A model generated the notes under the pieces. It had not been told where the DNA came from and did not search any database. It saw only the letters and a program-made list of their open reading frames with translations. 64,000 nucleotides of DNA from Amoebidium appalachense (taxonomy: Eukaryota > Protista > Ichthyosporea). The DNA lies in contig CAVNZM010000004.1 in the NCBI GenBank assembly GCA_963693365.1, positions 4,590,564-4,654,563 of the forward strand, in the 5' to 3' direction. This document shows positions 1 through 14,563 of the stretch, piece after piece. Each line of letters opens with the position of its first letter. Position 1 is the first letter of the stretch. Made by a program: the position numbers and the translations under genes.

Positions 1-2220
1 CTATCTGTGGCTGCACCTTGCCGGCCTCATCACACCGGCCGGCACCTTGAACAAACCGGCACACGCAGCAGCCTCTGGGGTAATCGGGGCTTTACCGATC
101 ATGCAGATCGTGGACAAATACCCAAGATTTAAGTTTTTGGCCGGCCCCGACGCCCCCTCGTTGGTCCGGCTGGTCGTCGCCATCCCCTGGGACACAATCG
201 AATTTGCGATCGGCGATCCGAAAACGATTCCTACCCCGCCTCTGGAAATCGGCGTCGGTACCACCGTCGTCCACGGGTTCGATAATATTTTTTCCGCTGG
301 GCATATGGTGATCGCACGCAAGATCGCAAAATCGGGAGGTTCCGACGGCGATCGGTGGAGATTGCGCTGTTTGGATGTCACGTTGGAGGAATGCACCCCG
401 CAGGATAACTTGTCCATGTTGGTTCTCTCGGCGGTGGTCCCGGGATTTATGTTTTTGCTCGCGCCGCCCGACCAACTTCACGTGCTCGTGTGCGTGGCCG
501 CGATGGGGGCTAATCGTTTGATTGCTGTGAGGAAACTCGGTCCGATGGTTAAGGTGTGGGGCGTAGCTGTCAGCGACACTAAGCACGTGACCTTTGCTTC
601 GGGACTGCCTTATTTGGGCAAGCCCCCCCACCGACCAACCAAAAGAGTCCCTGCTGGGTGTTCGGCCAATCAACGTCATTCCGCCGCCCCGTGCGGATGA
701 TGTCGAGCCAATGAAAACGGATTCTGCCACACCATTGGTGCAAAAATACGTGGGGGTGGCAGTGGACGGAAACGCGTCGGTGCTTTCCTTCCAGTGCCAA
801 ATCGACGTGAAGTGAGACAGCGCCCGCGCGCTATTGGCCGATAAGGAGGGGGGTAAAGTGGATGCAAAGCAGGTGTCGTCATTTGTGGTGCGGGTGCACC
901 TTCTGACGTCGTCTCCCCAGCATGCGGCTGGGAAGTGTTCCGCCGATATTGTTTTCCCGTTTCCTGTCAACGGGAATACGCTGAAAACCCAGTTTTCTCG
1001 CACGCGGTTCTTTGTCAACGTCATTGTCGCCCCCCGTAGGACGGGATACCCGCCCAACCCGTTCCCGCCCGTTCCCGGTTTTCGCTCTCAAAACCCCCCG
1101 GATCCGCGCCGCAAACCACCGTGGCCAGCTGGGGCGAGTCGCGAATTCCGCTTTCAATTCTCCCGGAAATCGACTGGAAATACGGTAGGCCGTGGGTGTT
1201 TCCCTTGGTTTCGAGCATGCTTACTGCCGAAGAGCGACAACAGCGAAACATCAAAAATCCGGCGCCGATCGTTTCACTCAAAGACTCCCTCCACACGAGT
1301 ATGTGCCTCGATTTCTCGCTCAAGGGGCGCCCGCAGGCGGCAACCCAGGCATGGACCAACCCGCGGACTGGTTTTACGTCGGTTTCAAAAACCCCGCGAG
1401 CGGAAATTTCGACAGGCGGATCATTAATTACGTCGATGAGATCAGGCTCGACCACTCGACCGATTCTGTTGTTGCCGACGCCTGTGTGTGTGTTTTGACG
1501 GAACGGAACATTGTTGATATTATTCCGTTTATTGCCCCCCGGTTGGGCAAATTATCGAGAAGGGGAAGACAGATTGTAACCGTTACGGCGGACGGCCCTG
1601 AACTCGATCTCTGGTGGAAATTTCTTCCGGCGCGCGTGGAGCGGGCGCGCACGAGGAGCCACAAGCCCACGTGCAAATATTTGCGGGAGGGGATGCAAAT
1701 TCCTCTGTGCGAGAAGTTTGAGGAGGCGAACCAAACTGTGCATGTTTCCAGGGGGTGTATATGCCATCGGAATCCAGAAGGAATGCGGCAAGTTGGTGTC
1801 GGGGCATTTCTGCCGGGCAGCCATGTCGCCGATTCTCCCTGGGTTGCAGCACGCAAGTTTTGCGGAGACATTTCAACCGGATAAACCTGCAACCACTTCT
1901 TCCCAATCTTTTCAAACCACAAACACCGAAAATTCGAATTCGGGCGGGAAAACACAAACACAGCAGTCCGCCACCAAACCCAAAGCCGAAAACAGCGCTA
2001 GTGGGAAAGCGAAAGGGCAGGGTGGTTTGGAGCAACAACATGTGTGTGGGGTGTGCGGCAAGAGGGAGGCCCGGGTGGGTTGGAGCAACAACATGTGTGT
2101 GGGGTGTGCGGCAAGAGGGAGGCCAAACTGTGCGGTCGGTGCAAGCGGGTTGCTTATTGCGGTGCTGCCTGCCAGAGGACGGACTGGCCGGCACACAAGG
2201 TTGGATGCAAGGCACCTTAG
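1..2220 (+). pseudogene. MYND-type zinc finger protein gene, 3' part, disrupted
   Basis: Terminal frame reads CGVCGKREAKLCGRCKRVAYCGAACQRTDWPAHKVGCKAP* (stop 2218-2220), a MYND finger. Upstream coding signal is split over ORFs 47-700, 594-815, 834-1427, 1192-1884 and 1718-2239, with an in-frame TGA at 813-815, several frameshifts and a ~53-bp tandem duplication at ~2019-2124. Confidence 0.75.
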
Positions 2221-2367
2221 AACTCGGGTTGGGGTGTGAAGGGGGCGCCCGGGTGTGATTTTCCTCCCCTTTTTCCTTCTTTCTCTCTCTCTTTTCTTTT
2301 CTTTTCTTTTTGCTTTCTTTCTTTCTTTCTTCTTTTTTCTCTTTTTTTCTTTTTTTTTTTTTTTTTT

Positions 2368-2439
<72 letters not shown>

Positions 2440-2529
2440 AGGTCTTTCCTTCTTTCTTTTCTTTTCTTCATTTTCTTATTCTTTTTTCTTTTTCTTTTTT
2501 GTTTGTATTTTTTTTTTTTTTTTTTTTTA

Positions 2530-2581
<52 letters not shown>

Positions 2582-3425
2582 TTTTTTGGGGGGGGGGACA
2601 CCTTTTATAATTTCTTCGTAGTCGATGTATTCATACCCCTTAACGGAGTCGTGAAATGATTGAAATCGAAGTAAGGCAATGTGGATTGAGACTATCGATT
2701 TTCAGAAATTTTGCTGTTGATGGGTGCCAAACGTATAGCATGGCCTAAGTACTATTGTACAAATGCATCTGACGTTATGCATGTAAATATAGCAGGCCAG
2801 ATTGATGTGCATATATCCCCCCTGTTGTATGTGAAGTATTTACTGACTGGAATTCAAGCTTCATATCTCATAGTTCCGTCCTGATTTGAATTTTGATTTG
2901 ACATAGATCTTTTGCCATGCCGGTTTGAGGAAACAATGTATACATTAACGGTGTATAGACCTGCTCAACGTGTGTTGTGTTAGTTGGAGACTACAATTTT
3001 AATGATGTACCATTGGTGGTTGCTTGTGTTCTACAGAACATTAATTATTATCACTTATGGAGGATATGTATTGCAAATGTACATGTGTGTGTTTGTGAGG
3101 GTGCTTTGCGTGTTGCACAGGTGGGAGTGTACGCTATGTTGTGTGGGTGGGATCCGGCACAAACACTTACGTCTGGTAAACCGAGCACCTCCCAAGTATG
3201 AAGCACGATTGAGGCCCCCTAACCGATCGCAAAATGTTTTTCTTTGGTCATTAGGGAAATAGGATTATGTCCGAGACGGGTACCCACCCAAATTTAAACA
3301 CGGCAGTAAAAAAAATCATATGAAATAGATTTAAATTTTTTTCGGGAATTCGTTCCTCCATTCTATATATTTTTTTCCTTTAATTTTGAACGTGTGATTG
3401 GGTGGGCTACGGTAGCAGCCTTCAG

Positions 3426-3470
<45 letters not shown>

Positions 3471-3528
3471 CCCCCACCCCACCCCCTCCCCCGGCCTCTA
3501 TCCCCCTTTTCCCACTTTTACCTTTTTT

Positions 3529-3559
<31 letters not shown>

Positions 3560-3578
3560 GGATAGTGTATGTACGCGC

Positions 3579-3610
<32 letters not shown>

Positions 3611-4129
3611 GCGTGTGTGTGTGCGCACATGCGTGTGTGTGCGCGCGCGTGTGTGTGTGTGTGTATGTGTGTGTGTGTGCATGTGTGTGTGTGTGCCGCT
3701 GTAGGCTGTGTGTGTGTATGTGTGTGCGTGTGTGTGTGCGCGCACATGCGTGCGAGTGTGTGTGTGTGTGCGTGTGCGTGTGCGTGTGTGTGTGTGCCGC
3801 TGTAGGCTGTCTGTGGATGTGTGTGTGTGTGTGTGTGCGTGTGCACATGTAGGAGGAGTGGTGCACGTGGTGGTGGTGTGGTTGGGAGGGGGGGGGGGGG
3901 GGGGAGAAAGGTATTCCCGGAAGGCCCGGGAAGAGCGGAGGATCGATAAGGGGAAAGGGAAGTGAAGGAGGGGCAGAACGGGACTGGCATGTGCAGTGGG
4001 GGCTCGAGGGGACGCCCTGATGATTACTTAACTGATCAGGTTACTAGGCTAAATGATATTGTGGTTGCAATCGCAACATGCTGGCCACGGACCAGATTTG
4101 TGTGCAGTGTGTGTTCGTGTGTGTGTGTG

Positions 4130-4163
<34 letters not shown>

Positions 4164-4457
4164 CGTATGTGTGTGTGTGTGGGAGAGGGGAAGGGGGGGG
4201 GGGAGGGGGGGGGGGGGGGGGCACACACCCCTACCTCAGGGTCTGATTTTTGGTTGCGCAGTCCAATATTGGCGAAACGTGCAATTTCTAAATACGCACA
4301 AGAACAATGTGCCGTACTCTCGCGGTGTGTACGTAAGGGTGTAGTTCTTGGGTTCCGCGGACGGAATCGGATGGGAACGGCAACCATAAGCCACTCTTTG
4401 AAAGTTCTTTTAAACTAAAAATGAAGATATAAAAAGAAAACTCAGTTAGGAATAATG

Positions 4458-4493
<36 letters not shown>

Positions 4494-4797
4494 CCCCACC
4501 TCCCCTCTGTTCCCTGGGCGTTTCGTGGCATGTTGGCAACTTCGCAGAATCTGATTTAATATCTCGCCGTTACCTTGTCCCCCCCCCCCCCCTCCCCCCC
4601 CCCCCCCTCCCATCCCCCTCCCCCCTCCTCCCTGGGAAGAGGGCCCTGCCCCTCTGCGCTTTGCCTCCTCTCCCTTTCTCGAGCTCCCTCGTCGATCTAG
4701 CCAAAGCCACAGCCAAAAATAACTATGGGGATGGGTGTGGAAAACACACACGCGCGCACGCGTGCGTGCACACACACACACACATACACACATCGTG

Positions 4798-4854
<57 letters not shown>

Positions 4855-5101
4855 GTCACACAACGGCCCACATACAACATACAAGACCCATGCTGCGTGG
4901 CTAAGGCACAGACTTTTGTGTAAATGCTGCACCCGGTGCATGTTGGACGTACACACTCACCGGGCCAAGGGCAAAGTTTCAATTATACCCGTCTGCTGCA
5001 ACATACATCCACACACCCAAACAAACACCCGCAAGGGCATTATAAGTTGGAGGGGGGGGGGTGGGGGGGCACAAAACTGATGCCATGGGGGCTGGAGGGA
5101 A

Positions 5102-5139
<38 letters not shown>

Positions 5140-5568
5140 GGGGAGGGGGGTTCAGACTCATTTCTAAATCGTACGGGTGATCACCACCTGTGTACGTTCA
5201 GCCTGGGAGTCAGAAACCATGTCATTTTAATCGTTCAAATTGATTTCCGTTTTTTCTTTTACCCGTGGCCGTGCCGGCCATTTTATTTTGAAATAGAATA
5301 TACATTCATGATCACGATTATGATTCATACGAATATTGTAAGTACAGTATAACAACTTCCATCCTAGAGATACAGGCATATGCAACATACACGTACAAGA
5401 TGCCATTATGTGACAATCTTTATGAAACTTATGTAGGAGAATATTATTGTGGCTTCATGACGACTAGCGCTGCTGGTATATCTAACTAAGCATTCGTTTA
5501 CTTATGAGTGTTAACTACATAACAGGGACTCGTTTTTAAAGTAAAAACAGTTTTCGGAGCTGCACGAT

Positions 5569-7010
5569 TTAGGCTTTGATGGTGCTGATATCACTGGCGG
5601 CATTGTCAGCCTTAATTCCTCTCCTGGCCCTCGCCACCTGCAACCCAACGACCGCAGCCACAAGCAGCACCGCCACCAGATTGGCCACAAGCTGTCCGAG
5701 GGTCACCCACTCGAGGGCAGATGGCCCACATGGCGTCGATGCTGCTGCACGGGCAGCCCGTGCAGGGGTTGGCTGTTCAAGAAGTGCATAGTGGCCCTTG
5801 GAGGCAAAGGGCAGGTGCATGTCGGTTGTCATGGGCACGGAGGGCCGAGAACGGTCGTCGTCATAGAGGGCCAAATCATTAAGGTCGATTTCGATGAGGT
5901 TGGGCCGGGCAGTCAGGCGGTAGTAGTACTTTCTGCTGGTGTGGTCGCGCACAACGGTCCACCACGTGGTACCGCGGTACGTGTCGAAGTCGTAGCCGCC
6001 CATGGCGCGGCTGACCCGCCCAATCATGAGCTGCGCCTCGGCCACGGCGTCGACATTTCTGTCAGGGTTGACGAAGGAAGGGGTTTTACCCGCAGCCGAC
6101 TTTTCAAAAGCACTGCCCGTCCAGTTCAGCCACTGGTTGCCAGCCCGCCGGGCGGTCTCCTGCAGCACCACAAGATGCACAAAGCGGTCGGCTGACTCGA
6201 AGGACCCCGCTTCGGATTGCGCCTTCTGCAAGACCTCCCGTGGGGCATCTGCCACGGCGGAAATGTTTGTGGTGTTCAGTCGCCTGTTTGCCTGCTGCAG
6301 CTGCTGCTCCCAGAAAGGGTTGTTGGTGAAGACGGCAGGCTCGTTCTCATAGACGCAAATGCGTGCTCCGGCTTCGATTCGAGTTGTCCGTAACGGGCAA
6401 AGCACTCGGGCGCCAGGGCGCTTGCCTCGTTGGGCACAAACTCAACGTTCAAAGTGCGGCCATTGACATCGTGCACCACCCAGTGCAGACCCAAAGAACC
6501 GCCTAGAGCATTGAGGGCCGGGTGAGTGGCATCCATTATCTGCCACCGTTCAAGCTCATTGCGCACACAGTCGACATCCGCACATGTGCCAAGAATGTAG
6601 GCGGGCATGCTGTACACCGGCATGATGGGCCGAGGGTCGGCTGGAGTGTACATGGGGTACTTGGCGATTCGGTGAGCAAGTGTTCCTATGGAGAGTCCTG
6701 CCTCATTCATGCCATCCACGACGACTTCTTCATCCAGGGCGTTGATAAATACGGCCCCGTACTTTGCAGACACGGGGGTGAGGGGGCAATCCTCGCAGCC
6801 CTTGGGCTTCATGTCCTCCCAGATGTCGTGGCCGCGTCCAAACGACTGCAGCTTGAAATCGAGGTCAGGAATACCCCAGTCCATTGTGCGGGCGGAAACG
6901 GCCTGGCCGAAAGAGGAAACACGATGGCGGAGCAAGACATCACTGCATGCATGCGCACTGGCTGCTGCCAGCACCATGAGGGGGAGACTGTGCATGCGTG
7001 AAGGTGACAT
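5569..7010 (-). CDS. Secreted/membrane-anchored linear amide C-N hydrolase (choloylglycine hydrolase/penicillin V acylase family, Ntn fold); one frameshift near 6360-6440
   Basis: Signal peptide ends AHA followed by the nucleophile Cys (CSDVLL). Motifs ARTMDW, DGMNEAGL and HWVVHD..G....VEF in ORF 6276-7010; VFTNNP and a C-terminal hydrophobic helix in ORF 5569-6405. No introns seen. Confidence 0.85.
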
Positions 7011-8037
7011 CTTGTTAAAAGATTTTACGCGATTTCGTTGTGTGAGACTGAGAATGTGTGTTTGACTGACTCAGACTGAGGGCCTGATTTGTTTATATAA
7101 GATCTGCGCCGACAGCGGATGATGTTGATTGGCTAACGAGAAATTTGGTCTTTGGATGACCAAATTCCTGTCATCTGCGAAGGTATGCCACGCCTCAGCC
7201 CCACCCCTGCCTAAATCATCAGTAAAGGAAACAAATCTCATTAAATACTGTAAGAAAATTAAAACTTTATAAAATAAAAAAAGCAGGCTATAGTTTTTGT
7301 TGTTTGAGCTGATCAAACTCCATTTGTCTCAGAGTCAGGTACTGAGAGGACATTTGAAATGAGAACCACCAATAGAAACATCACTTGGTTCCTATTGGAC
7401 AGCATTGAAAAACAAAAAAGCGGCCAATCAGATATTGATATTTTGGCGGGTAAGATTGTCCAATCATCGCGTGCTTGATTGTTAGATCTAAGATCTCTCA
7501 GGAGGGCAACCGAGAGCAAGGTGCAAAATGAGGGATGGGGATGGAGTGTATTGAAGGCAGACAGGAGGAAGGTCGTGTGGACGGTGAAGGTAGTTATACA
7601 GTGAAGGGGAGCATGGGAGGTTCTGGGTGTGCTAGATGTCGCAGGAAGAAGAGAAGGGTGTAGTATTAAAGGCTGCTGGTACTTCATGTCCTGGGGAAAG
7701 CTTAAAGGCCCGGAGGGGAGGGGCGTGACGTGTGCAAGGGAGGTCAGCAGGAGCAATCATGATCATATGCAGTGAAGTGAGCTATTAGCTAGTCATGTGG
7801 TTGGTGCAAACAATGTGTGTGACTGGGTCTTTGTAGGTTTACATCGGGTCGATATCGATATGGCAGCGCCCGGTTGACTGGAGGGGGGGTAGTAGGAGGA
7901 GAGGATCGGTGTGCCCAGCGCTGGTATCAAGGGAGCAAGGGGGTGCATTACATAGCTTCGGGAGGAGATCTAGTGGAGGAGAGGTTATTATATGGACAGG
8001 GGGAGGCTGTTAAAGATCAGGGGTACTTTGGCATTGG

Positions 8038-8113
<76 letters not shown>

Positions 8114-8460
8114 CGGGGACCATATTGTCATGCTCTAAAATTTTGCCATGCCACTTTTCCTGTTGGCACGGTGGGTGGCCATCATGATGGGTGGGGATCC
8201 CCGGGGGGGGGGGGGGGGGGGGGGGGCACGCAGTGGCGGGCCGCCGGCCGGTTGGCACGGGTCATAATCGATAGAAGTCCATCTGCTGTTCCTTTTCTAC
8301 AAATTATGTGTTAAAAAACGATTCGGAATATGCTAAGGCAGGCACTCTCACGAACACACACAAACAATGGTCTCTAAACAACAGTTCAATGACCGGTTGG
8401 TTTGTGGCTCCGGGGGGATATATGGCTTTTACACACGCTGCTTGTGTGAACTTGAGGGGC

Positions 8461-8566
<106 letters not shown>

Positions 8567-9119
8567 ATGTGTGTGTGCACAGTGTGTGTGTGTGTGCAGT
8601 GTGTGTGTGTGTGGCTGTGTGCCACGGTGGGCGTATCAGGATGATGATGTGTATGTATGTGTGTATACTTCACACTCTCTGTCTTTATGTGTGCCCAAAG
8701 CAAAACCTCCCCCCCCCCCCCCACACACGCACCCCACACACACCCGGCCAACCTGCCCGGACTGCAGGCACACCCACAGACACACAGTGCCCTGAAAACC
8801 ACATGTACACCTTTCAGTTCACAAAAGCATTCCCACAGTATGTACACCAAAATACATTGTCAGGAAGCAACCCCTTCCCCCCACCCCCCCCCCCCACCAC
8901 CACCACCCCACCCCATCATACAGCCCTACCCCCCGTAAGAAGCACACACAAGCCACCGGACATTCCGCTAGCGTAGATCGACCAATGAAAGCTGTGGTTA
9001 ACGTTTGTTCGTAGGATTTGAGTGGAGGGGAGGACTGGTGTCCCCTACTGGCGTGACTGGGGTAATACTAGTAACCCTGGGCTAAGTGTGTACTAGTCGT
9101 TAGGTTTGTGAATAATGGT

Positions 9120-9290
9120 TTAGCTCAGCTGAGCACATGGGCAGCACCCTACATAGTGTACTGTCCGTGCTGTGCGGTAGACGGTAATGCCATCGAGGGC
9201 CTGCAAGGGTCCTCCGGGAACAAAACGTGATAAAATAAAAAACAACGCCTTTGTGTATGTGTGCGTGCGTGTGTGACACTGTGTGCGTGT

Positions 9291-9335
<45 letters not shown>

Positions 9336-9868
9336 CGTGCGCGCGCGCATGCACGTGTGTGACGGTGTGTGTGTGTGTGTGCGCGTGCATGCGCGTTTCT
9401 GTGCTTGTGTGGGTGCTTTTGTGTGTCTGTGTGTGCGTGCGCACGCACGGACATGTGTGTTTAGAGATTGCAAGTTTGCCATTCATGCAACAATCTAGGA
9501 AATTTATAACTACAGGCACACAGGGGCACGTCCCCTCCTTCCCTCCCCCCCACCCCCCACCCCCGTTCCCCCGTGGCATGCTTGCAAACAACGCATTTGG
9601 TATATTCTTTCTTTCATCCCCCCCGTTTAGCATCCTCAGCGGCTATTCCTTCCATCTCCTTTACTCTCCCCCCCCCCCCCCCCCCCCCCCCCCCCAACCT
9701 CCATCCCTCCCCCGCCCCCTCCCTCCCCCCCCTCCCCCCCCCCCCCCCCCCGTGCGGCCGAGGCCCCAGTCATCACACAGAGGGGACGGGGAAAGTGAAG
9801 AAAGCGGGCGCACAGACACACACACACCAATATACACACACACCCACACCCACACCCACACACACACG

Positions 9869-9921
<53 letters not shown>

Positions 9922-10287
9922 TTTCTTCGTGCATAGCCTATCCATACATACTCTCTGCTATGGCATTTCTCCTGCTCTCTCCGCCCCCTTTTCCTCCGCG
10001 TCATGGGGGGAAAGCCGAATCGATTCCGTTATATCCACACTGTATGTTTATTTGCTGAAACAAAGAAGTTTTCGTACGTGCATGCAGCATGAAAGCACAC
10101 ACAAAAAAAATCCAAAATAAAAAATAAAAAAAATCCAGTATCCCGTAAATTCAGTACAGAGCTACAACGAATGGGCATCTCTTTGGTAAAGAGACACAGC
10201 TACACAGACTAATACCCCCCCCCCCCCCCCCCCCCCCCCCCACAACTTACACATACACCCAGTCCACCCACCTACCCACCCACCCCC

Positions 10288-10323
<36 letters not shown>

Positions 10324-12736
10324 CCCCACCCAACCCCCTTTACTTTGGGCCCGGCCCCACATACACAGCCCTACACACCGGGTCCTCATGCCACGCTCAA
10401 AGAACAGCTTGTAGCTGAGTCGAAAAGGAAACAAAGCCACAGGTTGCAAAGGTGTGTGCTCTATCTAGATTCGCTACTGCAAACCTAGAAACAATATATA
10501 CGGAAAAATATCACCATCTAGAAATATGGTTCTCAGTCACACACTATCTCTCTTCCTCTCACTCTCTCTATGTGTGCGTGCATGTTGAGTGAGTGAGTGA
10601 ATGAGTGTGTGTGTGTCACGCACGCGGCGTGCGCACACACGCATGCACATTTGCACACATGTAAACCCACAAGGGTCATAAGCACACACACAAATCGTAG
10701 CATATAGGCACACACAGAGGCCGGGGGATGCACAAGATGAAGGCACTATACCCCTCCACACACACGTACATCTGGGCAAGTTTTCACGGTCCATACAGAG
10801 GCTCAGCCCTCCCCCCCCCCCCCCCCCCCCCCCCCCCACACACACACTCACATACCGTTGAAACACAGATCTGCAAATGTGCTTTCGTGCGTGTGCTCAC
10901 ACATAGACATGTAGATGCACAGACACAGAGATACACAGTGCACCACACAAGCACCGTCACAGTCTGAGACACAGACACATTCACCGTGACGTAAGAGACA
11001 CACGACCACACTTAGACCCCCCCCCCCCCCCCCCCCCCCCCCTCAAACACATACACACGTGATCGGATAACACAATACACATTTCAGTCAGAATTTTTAG
11101 CCATGTACCGTCATATACCGATTTTCAGACACCCATGCACGGCCTTCACACATGGTGACACGTGCTCGATCTGCTTGGAAACGTGTGCGTGCACAGCCTA
11201 AGGCACAAATTCTGCCTTAATTCTACTGGTGTCAACTGGTCTCAGTTCGGGCCGGGTGCTCGTTGATCCATGGATAACAAGAATTAAAATTTTCAGGTTT
11301 ATTACAGTAGCGCTTTACAAATGGCAAGCAACTTTGTACATCACTGCATTGATATCGTACACCGAGCACATACTAATATACATCAACCGCGCCGCGCGCT
11401 GGCTCCGGTACCTACTATAACTCTAACCCTCAGGCCTTAAAACAAACCCATATAAAATTTCTCCCCAGATTCTCGTTTCAGTCAACCCTATAATAATTAG
11501 TGTACATTTCTCTTCTATTACCAACTACTGCTGCTACATAGTAGCGCTTGAAGACAAACCACTGACCATCCTAGGCCACCAGCGGCCTGCTATTCACTAG
11601 TGATATTAATGACAGACATATTCCAGCATGGCACACGTTACGGTTTAACAAGGTGGCGGGTGGGCTCAGGGCACGACTTAGGATAGTTTGACAGAGTTGT
11701 TTTTTGTTCGCCTGTAAGCTGAGAGACCTCGCTGTTGAAGTCACAAAACGAGCCGGACAGTTCGATAGATGAGTCTGGGGTGGAGCGGAGACTGATGATG
11801 GAGGGGGTGTGAAGAGGGCGGGCGGAGAGTTGGCACGTTGCACTGGGGCCGGTTTTCACTTTATATTTATGATTCTGAAGGGAGGATGATTGGATTAATG
11901 AATATGTGGAAGGCCATAAGGCCACACAAACTTAATAAACCATGAACCAAAAGTTGTTTTGGTCTATCAGTAAAAAGAAAAATGACTTAAATTTCAGATA
12001 ATCATGAAACGTTTGTGCATGAGGCTTAAATCGACATAATATTTTATGGGGGAGTCTTAAACGGTGGAAAGAACGTGAAGGAACTGAGGACAGATCTTGT
12101 GGGGAGGATTGGGGGTGGTGTGGTGCACGTGTGTGTGTGTGTGTGTGCGTGTGTTTGTGTGTGTGTGTGTGTGTGTGGGGGGGGGGGGGGGATGGCTACT
12201 ACTCACCACACGGAGCTTGCCCTTGATGTTTTTCTTCACACGGATGGTCATAAAGGTCTCTCCCTCTGCAGTGCTGTGCGTGTGCACGAACGAGAAAGGT
12301 GAGGAAAGGGGCTCCATGGTAATACCAGACACGTGTGCACACACGTGCACGTCGCCACAAGCTAATATATATAGATTAGTTTATAGGGCCACATGCATAT
12401 TCCATATTCACGCGCGTGCCAGATTTATCACCGACAGCAGTTTAACGCACAGGTCATGCGAATAAATGGAAATGTGCCCGCTCGATAAACACAACAATAA
12501 AAGTCCATCATCATACCTACACCAAAAAAAAATGAGGGATGAAAGATGACACAGGCTTGTTACGTCCCATGTCCATCTTGCAGTTTTTACCTTCCAGCTG
12601 ATACGGCCGAGGCTTTGGCAACATGCAGAACGGACGAGTCGTTCAGTTGCTCACACAGGGTCCTCCGCATGCACGAGCACGCCGTGGCGGTGTGTGTGGC
12701 CGCGCCAAGAAGTAGAAGAAGCACGAAGTAGAGCAT
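9120..12736 (-). CDS. Spliced secreted TIMP/NTR-like protein (3' exon structure tentative)
   Basis: Exon 12736-12591: [31 protein letters not shown], then GTAAAA donor. Exon 12273-12207 joins in phase ([29 protein letters not shown] donor). Candidate exons ~11570-11522 ([17 protein letters not shown]), ~11197-11109 ([15 protein letters not shown]) and ~9200-9120 ([12 protein letters not shown]). Confidence 0.55.
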
Positions 12737-13685
12737 TTTCGCCTTTTTCCCCCTCGGGTTACAAAGCCAAAGCGCGCTTTCGCAACTGAAAAAAACCCGA
12801 CCGTTTCGGTGGTCTTTATGGACCACTTTGGATCTATAATAGGCCGATCTGTGGAATGCGGCTCTGGAGCCATAGGGCCTTCCCGTGTGCAGACTGCGCA
12901 GCCGCGGCGCCATGGTTTTCCGTGCGAAACTTACAACACCTACAAGAACTGAAGCGACTCTATCTAACCTACTTTAAGCTAGTATAAGCGCACTTTTAGA
13001 GTAGTGAGTAATTGTATATGACACAAATAACAACAGTTTAAAATATTGGTTAAACAATCAAAAGCCCCGCACGCACATGCCTGCTCATCAGTAGAGCTGC
13101 AGTCTACCTCCGGAGTCTAGATCTGTGGACGTGGTGGTATGGTGTGTGGTTCACGGAACTATGGTTAGAAGACGCCGCGACGTGGCCCAGTAGAGTGAAA
13201 AAAGAACCTATAAGAGCCAAAGGTTATGCAGAGACCACTTTAACCCGGTCACTGCAACTTTTTTTGTGTCATCGACAACAAGCCACTACACCTCAAACCT
13301 GTTACCGGAGCTTGTCCCACTGTACGCCCGTTCTAGAAGGTGCAAACAGTGGGGTTTTGGTGCTACCACTCAGAAGAAGCCAAATTAACATGACTTGGTT
13401 GTTCAGGCATAGGCTCAAGTTTGTCCCACCCCCATCATGCTCAACTTATACACTGCCCATAACCACCCACCTGCCCGCCCCTGACTGCATGGGAAGGCCC
13501 GCCCGTACTAGTCCCCCCTCTACACAACTAACTTAGGCAAGAACACCGGGCCGTAAGAAACACACACACACATACAAACAAAAATACACACAAACACACA
13601 CACACACACGCACACACGCACACACGCACACACACATGTCGTACACACACACACACACAGACACACACACACACCAGAGTGAGAA

Positions 13686-13724
<39 letters not shown>

Positions 13725-13741
13725 ACGAGAGAGGCACACAG

Positions 13742-13803
<62 letters not shown>

Positions 13804-14233
13804 CCGTGACACACACACACACATAAACACACAAATAACTACATGTAAACAAGGCAGCTTGACCTCGCTCACTTCAACACTTCTTACACAGATCTGTTAC
13901 CTTCTCCATATTATCGACCCCACCTTCCCCAGCCGCCCCACCCAAACCCCACTTTTGCCCGCCAGCCCCCCCCCCCCCCCTTTCCGAAGTTCCTTATGCC
14001 TTCCTTCCTCCCCCTTCCTCCCTCCCCCCACCACCACCTCCCTCCCTAGGCACCTACAAGAGAGGTGGGGCAACAAGGTGCCCCTGGCGAGGGAGGGAAA
14101 GAGAGGGGGGGGGGGGGGGGGGAAGGGTCCCGGGAGGGAAGGCTAGGAAGAGGACCGTGAGAGCATAACAACGTACACCTTCACTGACGTCGACATACAC
14201 TCACACCTGAACGCGTGTGTGTGCGCGTGCGCG

Positions 14234-14278
<45 letters not shown>

Positions 14279-14341
14279 ACATACAGACAAACACGTGACA
14301 CATACTTTAACAAACACCCACCCACGGGATTGAAACACACA

Positions 14342-14396
<55 letters not shown>

Positions 14397-14461
14397 ACAC
14401 ACACAGACAAACACACGACACATACTCTAACAAACACCCACCCACCGGATTGCAACACACA

Positions 14462-14563
<102 letters not shown>

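Noticed and set aside
2217-5352. Many ORFs rich in HTHT, CVCV, poly-G/P/F (also across 8-15 kb and 38-64 kb)
   Set aside because: Translations of (CA)n, (GA)n and homopolymer tracts; no coding signal.
7277-7290. AAAAAAAGCAGGCT resembling Gateway attB1
   Set aside because: Only ~13-14 nt, half poly-A, lacks the TTTGTAC core; no other vector sequence.
7400-8040. Possible decayed LINE 3' fragment on the minus strand (FNSLPLSI)
   Set aside because: One short motif with stops around it; no RT motifs recognisable.
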